From: Chiloscyllium plagiosum
Taxonomy: Eukaryota
Assembly: GCF_004010195.1 (NCBI RefSeq)
Contig: NC_057718.1
Span: 95,831,147 to 95,851,331, forward strand
DNA length: 20,185 bases
Direction: 5' to 3'
Numbering within the stretch: position 1 is the first letter of the stretch; every line of letters begins with the position of its first letter. Below the pieces are notes generated by a model. That model made no database searches. It was given only the letters and a program-made list of their open reading frames with translations, and was not told the DNA's origin. Below are positions 10,920-20,185 of this stretch, one piece after another. Made by a program: the position numbers and the translations under genes.

Positions 10920-11214
10920 CGGTGGCTCAGTGGTTAGCACTGCTGCCTCACAGCACCAGCGTCCCAGGTTTGATCCCAGCCTCAGGTGATTGTCTGTGTG
11001 TAGTTTGCACGTTCTCCCTGTGCCTGCGCGGGTTTCCTCTGGGTGCTCTGGTTTCCTCCCCAGTCCAAAGATGTGCTGGTTAGGTGAATTGGCCATGCTA
11101 ATTTGCCCATAGTGTTAGATGCATTAGTCAGAGGGAAATGGGTCTGGGTGGGTTACTCTTTGGAGGGTTGGTTTGGGCTGAAGGGCCTGTTTCTACACTG
11201 TAGGGAATCTAATC
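10920..11214 (+). mobile_element. tRNA-derived V-SINE (HE1-like)
   Basis: A-box TGGCTCAGTGG, degenerate B-box GGTTTGATCCC, V-domain, aatct-repeat tail, and TSD taaata at 10914-10919 and 11215-11220. Confidence 0.93.
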
Positions 11215-11357
11215 TAAATATGCATTACAGAACATGAGAAAAGTAATGAGTAAGATTTGATCTATTGAGATCATGCACATTTCGCCTTTATGTAAACTTA
11301 AACTAATTTAATTAATGTCCCCCCAAGAGCTGGTCTACATGGCTAAAAGATCAAGTG

Positions 11358-11509
11358 GGAGAAAGTGAGGACTGCAGATGCTGGAGATCAGAGCTGAAAA
11401 ATGTGTTGCTGGAAAAGTGCAGAAGGGCTAATGCCCGAAACGTCGATTCTCCTGCTCCTTGGATGCTGCCTGACCTGCTGCGCTTTTCCAGCAACACATT
11501 TTTCAGCCG
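11358..11509. mobile_element. Foldback PLE-terminus mini-insertion with a partial hammerhead
   Basis: Inverted arms 11393-11422 and 11478-11507; AGA-A-GGGC-uaau-GCCC-GAAAC-GUC at 11421-11444; TSD ta(a/g)aagatcaagtg at 11344-11357 and 11510-11523. Confidence 0.87.
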
Positions 11510-12758
11510 TAGAAGATCAAGTGTACAACACGGTTCAAAATTCCTCCCTGAACTCCAGATCAGGTTGTGAATTGGATTGGACAAAACATTCTTCAACCTT
11601 TGTTGTCTCCATAGAGATGATTAGGTCCCAATGCTACAGAGCCATTATGTCCCATTTATCATCTAGACTCTTGTTTCACAATCTGGATGTTGTCGGTATT
11701 AAGATAGTACAAAAGATCACACAACTGTTTTTCATCCAAATGTTACTAACTTCTTTTAATGTCAACTTAATCTACATTTCCACTGTGAGGTGAGCAAAAA
11801 CGAAACTTCCAATCTCTGTATGACCTTGAAAAGTGTTAAATCTGTCACTGTTTACCCCCCTTCTGTTTTTATTTATATTATCAGTGTTATTTGGCATTGA
11901 TGTCCACATGTGATGTTAGCTTTAAATTTAGGTTTCAAAGCTCTTCATCAACCTTGCTCTGAAAAACAAATTTGTACAGTATTTTCTATAAACCGGAATC
12001 ATTAAACATAAACCTCATTAATAACCTCATTGATAATCACTCAGCTTTTTGTGTTCCACGTTTGCTAATAGATACCCATTCATTAGGCACACATGTTTCA
12101 CATTTCCTTTCCCAATGTGCATTTTGTTACTTTAATTCATGTTAAAAATCCATCTGCCACTCCTTAGGCTCTCCGTTTAGTTTCTACGAATGCCTTTGAA
12201 TGTTGTTAATTTCCCTTAGGTGGTTCTAATGATTTGGGTTTTGGCTTTCAAGACCAAACCCAATCAAAAAGGCTCTATAATTCAATTTTCTGTACAGACT
12301 GCCCTGGGTTAGGAAGAAGCCTGACCCCACCCCCCCCCCCCGCCCCCCCGCCTTTTGAGGCCCAGACTTGGTGATGTGCACAGTTGCACGAGTGTCCAAA
12401 GCAAAAGGCCAGTGGGCTGATAAAAATTGATCCTTGCTACTTGTTTGAGTACAGGGCATCACTGAGAGGTGACCTTCAGTTAAAACATGGCATTGGGGAA
12501 GGGGGAGGTGGGGACCGGTTGGAATGGGGCAAGGCGAACCTGATGACTGTCTTGCGAGGTGGCTGATCTGTGAAAGGGGTCCTTTTGATGGGTCAAGGCA
12601 CTACTTTGTAGTTTTAAAAGGGACCTAATGCCTATTCTAGGCATTGGTAGTGCCAATGTAGAATAGGAATGGAGACCAACTGTCTGCTGTCTTAATATAC
12701 TTTGTGCCCTAACAACAGCAGCAATATGTACTGCTCAGAGTCTAACCAAAATAACTCT

Positions 12759-13382
12759 GCATCACAGGTAGGCAGGGTGGTTAAGAAGGTGTTTAGCACT
12801 TGCATTCATTGCCAGACCACAGGAATTGGGACGTCATATTGAGGTTGTACAGAACATTGGCAAGGCTTCGTCTCGAATGTTGTGTCCAGTTCCGGTCACT
12901 CTGTTATAGGAAGGAAAAACTGGAAAGGGATCAGGATAGATTTGCTAGGATGTTACCAGGAATGGAAGGTTTGACTTATTAAAAATACAGTGGGACTTTT
13001 TTCACTGGAGCATAGGTGGACGAAGGGTGACCTTATAGAATCATGAGGAGCATAAGATAAGGGTCTTATCCTCAGGGTGGGGGAGTTGAAAACTACAGGG
13101 TATATTTTTAATGTGAGAGGCAAAAGACTTAAAAAGGACATGAGGGGCAACATTTTTACACAGAATGGTTCACATGTGGAATGAACTTCCTGAGGAAGTG
13201 GTGGATGCGGGTACAGTTACAACGTTTAACAGACATTTGAATGAGTAAATGAATAAAAAATGTTTGGAAGAATATGGGCCAAGCACAGGCAAGTGGGAAT
13301 GGTTTAGTTTGGGAACATGGTCGGTGTGAACTGGTTGGACCAAAGGGTCTGGTTCAATGTTGTATGTTTCCATGACTCTGTG
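12759..13382 (+). mobile_element. CR1/HER1-type LINE 3' fragment
   Basis: WDVILRLYRTLARLRLECCVQFRSLCYRK...RFARMLPGMEGL, then a 3' UTR ending ccatgactctgtg. Confidence 0.9.
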
Positions 13383-13577
13383 CTAATTCATAGTTTGGAA
13401 GAAGTACTTGGTGTATGTCATCAGACACAATTATGTTTCAAGTACCTAGCAGAAATATAAGGTTGTCTCATTATCTTTATTATTGAGGTCCATTCTTAAA
13501 AAAAAGGAACAAGCAGAAATTAATTAGCTGAACATAAGTACACCTTTTAATAATGGTCTTCTGGTACAAACTTTGAA

Positions 13578-13925
13578 TCAGTGTAGCTCTTTTGTCTCTG
13601 GATCACAAAGTTCTGGTTCAAGTCTAACCCCTGGATTGATAGTTTAGGCTAACATTTCAGTGCAATCTTGAGGGAGCGCTGCACTGTTGACGTTGGGACC
13701 ATTCAAATGAGACACTAAACCCAGGCCACGACTGTGCGCACAAAATATCCAACAACTCAAGCTCACCTTTATCCTTCAGTACTGTCACTTAAGCAGATTA
13801 ACTGGCTGTTCTTGTTGTTTCTTTAGGGACCTTACTGCAGGCCAATGGGTCATTGTGTTTCTACACTGCAAACAGTGAATGACACGGGTTGTAAGTGATT
13901 TGGGACATCCTGAAATCAGAAAAGG
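13578..13925 (+). mobile_element. Ancient tRNA-derived SINE with a Deu-like domain (SacSINE1-like)
   Basis: B-box GGTTCAAGTC at 13615-13624; Deu-like core tgagggagcgctgcactgt...atgagacactaaacccaggcc at 13669-13727; 3' tgtaagtgatttgggacatcctga. Confidence 0.72.
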
Positions 13926-14040
13926 GACAATTCTTATCTGTACCATCTTTTTTTTACGTTATATTGGTTCAGTCAGCTTTAAGAAGGAGCTGAATGATTG
14001 TGATGAGTCATCAACTAAAGTTGTGGCAAACACAAATCAA

Positions 14041-14077
14041 CATTCCTGATGAAGGGCTTTTGCCCGAAACATCGATT
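14041..14077 (+). ncRNA. Minimal type I hammerhead motif
   Basis: cauuc-CUGAUGA(14046-14052)-A-GGGC-uuuu-GCCC-GAAAC-AUC-gauu. The triplet GUC is changed to AUC, consistent with CpG decay, which breaks the ACGU palindrome. Confidence 0.78.
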
Positions 14078-14175
14078 CTCCTGCTCCTCGGATGCTGCCT
14101 GACCTGCTGTGCTTTTCCAGCACCACTCTAATCTTGGCTCTGATCTCCAGGGCCGGCAGTACCCACTTCCGCCTA
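14041..14175 (+). mobile_element. Solo PLE terminus beginning at the hammerhead
   Basis: Same family sequence as 11358-11509, 15841-16036 and 19967-20185 (ctcctcggatgctgcctgacctgctgtgcttttccagca), plus a tail. Confidence 0.88.
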
Positions 14176-14220
14176 CTTATGTTCCCTGTCAAATTGCTAG
14201 GGATTCCCTGACGAGCAAAT

Positions 14221-14387
14221 AAACCAAAAGGACTGCGGATGCTGGAAATCAGAAAGAAAAAACGAAAAATCAGTTCTTCAGTTCTGAAGGAGGGTCACAG
14301 GACCAGAAACGTTAACTCTGTTTTCTCTCTATAGACGCTGCCAACGCTACTGGATTTTTGCAGCAATATTTGTTTTTGTTTCTGATT
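14221..14387. mobile_element. Foldback PLE-terminus mini-insertion (family of PLE B) with a hammerhead motif
   Basis: Tail plus short inverted arms (aatcagaaa.../...tttctgatt); AGUU-CUGAAGG-agggucacaggacca-GAAAC-GUU-AACU at 14280-14317; possible TSD agcaa(a/g)t at 14214-14220 and 14388-14394. Confidence 0.78.
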
Positions 14388-14669
14388 AGCAAGTTTGTCC
14401 TGTAAGTAACTGTATACTAAACGGTCCAAAAGATGCTCAGACTTGCTTCTCATTCTCTGCTATGTTGGCAGGTTGTTCAAGAGCGATAGTTAGAATGTCG
14501 CAATTAACAGCGGCACTCCTAGGTTGGTTGAGAGGAAAATAGGTCGCCATTCCCTCTCTTGATCACTCTCCAACGCAACCCTGCTCTTCTTTGCATGTGT
14601 GCGATACTACTCAGATTTGATGGTGATACCCAAAGCAAACATCCTACGACCAGAGTCAAGATCATACAT

Positions 14670-15370
14670 GAATTAGAATTAGAATTAGCTTTAATTTCAC
14701 GTGTTCAAATGATTACAGTGAAAAAATCTTTAAGTCGCCAATTATGGTGCCTAGTTACTGACTCTGAAGTATAAATTCCTTGGGAGAAAACTAGAAAAAT
14801 AAAGAAGTTAAAAAGTCCAGTGTGACAGACCATTGGAATAAATTAGAAAAATAAAGAAATAAAAAGTTCAGAATAACAAACCTTCCAACAGAGTCTGTGT
14901 TGGCACCTAACCTCTAGTCCAGGCCAAGCCTTGCCTCCAGACTGTGTTGGGCTTCATCTTACAACTCCCAAGGCTGGGAGACTGCCCTGGAATCATCTCG
15001 AGGATGGACGTCCATGCTGAGGCCACACTGCGTCGCCAAAAGACTGCCACGCCAGGCCAAGAGGCCGCTTCACCGAGTCAACGTATTGCCAAGTTGAGTC
15101 TGAGCTGAGGCCAAGAGTTTGAGTCCATGTTGAGGCTGGGAGTCCACGCTGAGGTTGGGATTCTGAGCTGAGGCCAAGAGTTCAGGGCATTGCCGAGAAG
15201 AAGGAAGGAAAGGAAAACCACAAAAGAGAGAAAAAAAGAAAAGCAAAAAGAAACAGACGGAGTGGACAAACCCCGCTGCCGCCTTGGATCTGACAAGGAT
15301 TACCCATTGGATCAAGCACCGTGGGCGATTGGCACCAAAGAAATCTCCATCGAGGTGTCAAAATCTTCGA
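14670..15370 (-). mobile_element. Unclassified non-autonomous retroposon-like repeat with a (TTCTAA)n tail
   Basis: gaattagaattagaattag at 14670-14688, internal direct repeats (about 14790-14875 and 15095-15183) and a purine-rich tract. No coding motif. The 5' boundary is uncertain (15290-15370). Confidence 0.5.
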
Positions 15371-15788
15371 GAGAGCCAAAGAGATAGGATGGTTGGCAAA
15401 AGAATTGTGAGGTAAGTAAAATTAACATTTATAAATGATCAGTTCCTGAATAGTTAATACTGAAGAAAGTAATTTCGATTGGCACTTTGAGCCAGAAATT
15501 TGTGATGAATGTTTCACACTCAATGACTTAATACAACTAATTCTAGTCGGCTAGTGGAATTGAACATCCAGTTGTCTTCTATCCTCCTTCAAATCCTTAT
15601 TAATGCCTGGTTATGATTCTGTAGACAGCAATTGCTCTCTACTACGTCAAGGAAAGCCCCAGTAATTTATCAGCAGCAAGCATCAGCAAATTATTTAATT
15701 GTAGGTACCAGGGCCAAACTTGATTCTGACCTCAACCCAACTTGCAAACATGTACGTTCAAGTACACAAGATAGAAGCTAGCAGTAGG

Positions 15789-16097
15789 AGCCTCTCGTGG
15801 TATAGTGGTAGTGTCCCTAACTTTGGTTGTGTTATGTCCTAGGCGAAAATGAGTATTGTAGATGCTGGAGATTAGAGTCAAAATTAGAGTGGTGCTGGAA
15901 AAGTACCACAGGTCAGGCAGCATCCGAGGAGCAGGAAAATTGATGTTTCGGGCAAAAGCCCTTCTGAAACATCGATTTTCCTGCTCCTTGGATGCTGCCT
16001 GACCTGCTGTGCTTTTCCAGCACCACTCTAATCTTCTGTTATGTCCTGCCTACTCCAGATGTGGGTCAGAATATCTACAGAGAGGTTGATTACAAAT
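15789..16097 (+). mobile_element. Short degenerate tRNA-derived SINE interrupted by a PLE mini-insertion
   Basis: A-box-like TGGTATAGTGG at 15798-15808 followed by tagtgtccct; resumes after the TSD as gcctactccagatgtg...aggttgatta. Confidence 0.55.
15841..16036. mobile_element. Foldback PLE-terminus mini-insertion
   Basis: About 67-bp inverted arms 15883-15949 and 15966-16032 around a loop containing hammerhead stem II (GGGCAAAAGCCC); one-sided tail; perfect 11-bp TSD tgttatgtcct at 15830-15840 and 16037-16047. Confidence 0.9.
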
Positions 16098-17084
16098 TAG
16101 CTAGATATTATTGGCAGTCATCAACTCCTTTGTGCAGGAGCCAATTGTTAGTCCCTTAGCTCACCCAACTTAACGCAGATCCAGAACTGTATCGGTGCCA
16201 TTCTGGTCTACACGCCTTCGTGCCTTTAACCTACTGCTCATTGGTGGGTATAGATTTTCATTCATAATTACTGCCATCTTTATGGTCTACTGTGGAAACT
16301 ATTTAATTGGAGGGCACTCTCCAGCTGCAATGTTTAACTTTGACAAACCCACAACACTGACTTAGTTGTCATGACAAAATGATATAGCCTAGGATAGATT
16401 TGGAATAATTGGTGCTGGTTTTGGTATTCTGCGTTGTTGGCTTTAAATGTAAAAAGAAAAGTGGATGTACGTGTGCTTTGCCAAAATAAGGAATAAACTA
16501 GGTAATTTAAGGATGAGTTGATGGGCAGAGTCCTGATTTTCCAGTGTAGTCTCTTCTGGCAATGTTGTATTTCCCAAGCCCGTTCATGCTATTTATTTGC
16601 AACAAGAAGGCTTCAAATTCTTATTTTTGTGTAGTTACTCACTCAATGTATAAATGCTTTTGCTCTGAATTGTTTCCACGCTGAAATCTAGGAATACGTT
16701 AACCAGGACCATATAACAAGTGAGAATGAACATGAAAATAAAGCAATTTAGAGAAAATTGTTTTCTTTTGTAGCTAATTTCAATAATTGTTACGCGTTTC
16801 TATGGTGAGGGCCCCTCGGAAATGCAGACACACTCTAACAGACCTCTGGAAATAATGGCAGGTTCCTGGACACCCTCCAACAGAAAGTGTCAGCTACAAA
16901 CAGGAAAGTATTTTCGATTAATGTAAAGCAGCAGAAATATCAAAACAGTCAGACAGCCAGCACCTACAGCAATAGAATTCACAGATCGATGGAAATCTGA
17001 TGATTGCATGAAAATGCAGGAACCATCCATAAGTGTTTGCTACAGAGTCAGTTTCAAAACCTTTAAGAGTTGGAAGCACAGAGT

Positions 17085-17189
17085 CATAGAGATGTACAGC
17101 ACGGAAACAGACCCTTCAGTCCAACTTGTCCATGCCGACCAGATATCCTAACCTAATCTAGTCCCATTTGCCAGCACTTGGCCCATATC
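17085..17189 (-). mobile_element. Severely 5'-truncated CR1/HER1 3' UTR
   Basis: Reverse complement is homologous to the 3' end at about 13270-13380; TSD cagagt at 17079-17084 and 17190-17195. Confidence 0.85.
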
Positions 17190-18524
17190 CAGAGTAAGCG
17201 AACCATGTTTACCAAAGAGGAAATTCAGTGGGGCGATGGAATGAGAATATGGAATTTTAATTTGTGTGACATAATGCATGAATGACGGGCTAATGTTTTT
17301 CTCATGTGGTAACACATTTTAATGCAAGCTAATGGTGCAATTTTGGCAAGCAGGAAAGACATATGTGGTAAATATTTTGTTTAAGTACAGTGCCTTTAAG
17401 TAGGTTGAAGAAGCATGATGTTTATATGGTCTTGGTTACAGAAGTGTTAAATTGACTGATTTCGGTTAACTAGTTTGTCATTGCTACAATTTGTGTATGC
17501 CAATTCAGCACTGATTAGTGCTGGGTCATGGAAGTTTATGCCTTCCAAGAGTTACGTAAAACACATTTTGAGAATCTGCATAGGTGTTACACAGTAGAAA
17601 TGTTTGTCCTGCTTAGAATATTGTTAAGTGAACACTAGTTGACCCATAATGTGAGTAAGCACATTGCAGCAATTACAATCCACTGATTTTTAATGCATTA
17701 CTTTTCTTTTTTTTTGATCAAATACTGGAGAAAGACTAGAAACAAAAGCCGCTGGATGTCAATGCAGCAATTTGAGGATTGTTCAGACAGAGCACTATTA
17801 TACTGGGCTGGAGTTAAATCCAATCTTCACAATTGAAACAGAATGCTGTTGCTTTTTACTGTTCCTTGGAAAAGCATACAGTATTAGGAATTGCACTGTG
17901 CATTTTGTCCACTTGAGTCTACCATACACAGCTCTACCAGCAAAGGGAGTTTGAGAAAAAAAAATTAAAGGAAGCCATCTTTTAGCAGCATGTAGAATTC
18001 TGATTCTGAATGCTTTTTACTGAACATGTTACTGTTTCCATCTAAGAACATAAATACGGACTTGGAATTTGTGGTCCATCGTTTTGTCCACACCCTTCAG
18101 TTAATTGAACTGTAACAACTAACACTTAATCTAGGGAATAAAATTGATGGAATACAACAACATGAGGAGTTCACGTGTCTGGTGTGGATTGTGCAGGAGA
18201 AACTATTGCTATTGATTCTGTGGACTGAGGACAAAACAGCTGCAAATGAGATGTCAGTGCAGGATATTATCAAAATTTGGTTGGAAGGCCAAAAGGCATA
18301 CCCATGGAATGTAAAACAAATCTTTGTCTAAGATCTTTGAAACCTGAGAGAGATTTCTTCACACTAATGTGGCTTCCCTGTAGCTCTGATTTTAATGTTC
18401 TTCCCCCCTTTACCAAAGAATACTGATTGTGCTGGTTCACAGGCATTGTCTGGTTGAATGGCATTTGATATTGTGCATCCTAGACACTGAGCCCTAGGAT
18501 GCTTGATTTACCAAGAATGTAGTA

Positions 18525-18742
18525 CAGTCAGTTCCTCTATAATGTGATGGTGGTGTTTTGTGCAACTCTGCAGTACAGAAAAATCACCCTTTGAAAACAG
18601 TGCTTAAATTGTGGGTGATGTAATTGCATTACGGCCAACACACGTTTTAAAAGTTTGCACTTTAGAAAGAGCATCCCCAATTTGTCAACCACTTTACAGC
18701 GAGTTTGCATTGAAGAAACACGCGTTATAGCAGAATGACCTG
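18525..18742. mobile_element. Tc1/mariner (Tigger/MER6-like) MITE, 218 bp
   Basis: TA on both sides (18523-18524, 18743-18744); imperfect TIRs cagtcagttcctctataatgtg vs the reverse complement caggtcattctgctataacgcg. Confidence 0.8.
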
Positions 18743-18957
18743 TATGACTATTTGTACATACATCCTCAAAAATGTCAATCAACTGACACCTCCAGTGGAA
18801 GAATTTGTAATCAACATCAGCCAGTGCAATAGCCAAGTTGATAGAAAAATGGTAGAACATTGGTTTCCAAGTGTGAACAAGTGATTTGAGTCAAAGTTGG
18901 GGAAAGAGATTGGGGGTGGCATGTGACCAATTTTCAAAAGAAACTTCCTGTGTCATA

Positions 18958-19212
18958 TAGGCTGTGAAGGCAAAGCCAGCATTTATTGTCCATGTCTCAT
19001 TGTCCTTGAAAAAGTGAACATGAATGACTTTCCCGAAAGGACATTAACAATCAAATGTAGCACTATGGCCCTTTCACCATTAGTAATTTTTCTTTTTCAT
19101 AAGAATGTGTATTTCATCAAATTAATTTAGATTCCTCAGCCACCATTGAGGGGATTTGAACTCATCTCATTTGATTAGTAATATAGACCTCTGTAATTCC
19201 TGTGCAATTATA
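18958..19212 (-). mobile_element. Highly decayed SINE with a tRNA-like head and LINE-derived tail
   Basis: Minus-strand B-box-like GAGTTCAAATCCC near 19151-19163; ggcaaagccagcatttattgtccat...tgtccttgaaaaagtg resembles a common elasmobranch LINE/SINE 3' segment (recalled). Confidence 0.45.
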
Positions 19213-19344
19213 CAAGAGGCATGCAACTCCCATTAATAGTCAAGATGTCTCCTTGCAAATATCTATTTACATGGATTCTTGGCTAGAGCACTATATTGAG
19301 AATCATTCTGTTTTTCCAGTATATATCCCACCATTGTCCCAGAT

Positions 19345-19965
19345 AAGATCATGACTTCCGTTTAATGATAAAAGACCACAGAAAGCTACAGAACAGAGCA
19401 ATTTAGGAGTCCCCATCCATGAATCACAAAAAACTAACACCAACATCCAATGGGTGATTGGGAAGGCAAATGGAATGTTAGTCTTTATTTCAAAAGGAAT
19501 GGCATAAAAAAGTAGAGACGTTTTGTGGAAACCATACAAGTCAGACCTTAGCTGGAGTATTGTGAGCAGTTCTGGTCGTCTTAACTAAGGAAAGGTATTG
19601 GACGCAGTCCTGAGAAGCTTCACTCAGCTAGTAATGCATATGGATGGATTTTCTTATGAAGAGATGTTGAATAGTTTGGGTCTGAACTCATTGGCGTTTA
19701 GGAGAATGAGAGGAAACCCTAATTGAAACATTCAAGGTTCTTAGCAGAATGACATGTTGGATGTGGAGAAGTTGTTTCACCTGGTGGGAGAGCCTGGAAC
19801 CAGAGGGTAAAATCTCAAAGTAAGGGGCCACACATTTAAACCAGAGAGGAAGAGGAATTTCTTCTCTCTTAGAGGGGAGGGAATCTGTGAACCCTTCACC
19901 GCAGAGGACTGTTGAGGATGGATCATTATTATATTCAAGGTGAGATAGACAGACTTTTAATCACA
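19345..19965 (+). mobile_element. Old CR1-type LINE RT C-terminal fragment, interrupted by a PLE at about 19966
   Basis: IGKANGMLVFISKG, LEYCEQFWS and RRMRGN-like motifs with stops and frameshifts. Confidence 0.85.
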
Positions 19966-19966
19966 A

Positions 19967-20185
19967 CTGAAAAATGTGTTGCTAGAAAAGCGCAGCAGGT
20001 CAGGCAGCATCCAAGGAGCAGGAGAATCGACGTTTCGGGCATAAGCCCTTCTTCAGGAATGAGGAAGGTATGCCAAGCAGGCTAAGATAAAAGGTAGGGA
20101 GGAGGGACTTGGGGGAGGGGCGTTGGGAATGCGATAGGTGGAAGGAGGTTAAGGTGAGGGTGATGGGCTGGAGTGGGGGGGGGGC
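19967..20185 (-). mobile_element. PLE 3' terminus, continuing beyond the window
   Basis: Near-identical to the arm sequence at 11421-11507, in reverse; hammerhead followed by a G-rich (+ strand) 3' UTR. Confidence 0.9.
20024..20061 (-). ncRNA. Minimal type I hammerhead ribozyme motif with an intact core
   Basis: cauuc-CUGAAGA(20056-20050)-A-GGGC-uuau-GCCC-GAAAC-GUC-gauuc; palindromic stem III ACGU; predicted cleavage between 20029 and 20028; stem I is weak. Confidence 0.82.

Noticed and set aside
10920..10990. tRNA gene (also at 4611 and 15789)
   Set aside because: The A/B boxes run into SINE bodies and there is no complete cloverleaf.
12325..12352. C-run with G-quadruplex potential on the minus strand
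   Set aside because: A simple homopolymer-like tract with no functional context.
14440..14669. Possible ancient repeat, likewise 12300-12750 and 16130-16240
   Set aside because: Only a vague resemblance to elasmobranch repeats; ends and class cannot be supported.
15410..15417. Consensus splice donor AG|GTAAGT
   Set aside because: No convincing upstream acceptor or reading frame; it lies beside repeat sequence.
11358..16036. Recurring repeats as a CRISPR array or DNA-transposon MITEs
   Set aside because: No regular repeat-spacer period and the context is eukaryotic. The arms are PLE termini with asymmetric tails and variable TSD length.

Overview
Eukaryotic, repeat-dense intronic or intergenic DNA with no credible host exon. 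It is most likely from a shark, since it carries HE1-type V-SINEs, HER1/CR1-type LINEs and a DeuSINE-like element; this taxon call is inferred from repeats recalled from memory. More than half of the window is decayed transposable elements: several CR1 LINE 3' fragments, three distinguishable Penelope-like element (PLE) families with RT and GIY-YIG remnants, tRNA-derived SINEs, a 601-bp TG...CA solo-LTR candidate and a TA-flanked Tigger/MER6-like MITE. Four things stand out. (1) There are 12 full, partial or degenerate minimal hammerhead-ribozyme motifs in PLE termini, and their stems covary between families; one copy at 20024-20061 has an intact core. (2) Four short, TSD-flanked, foldback PLE-terminus insertions have truncation or inversion points that mostly fall in the hammerhead. 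(3) One PLE insertion, bounded by a 12-bp TSD, contains an approximately 270-bp copy of DNA lying about 200 bp downstream. (4) A multi-layer nest of insertions at 1345-9893 can be reconstructed from TSDs. The ORF-track entries are TE remnants or chance ORFs. Family names come from motif recognition, not from a database search, and many boundaries are approximate.
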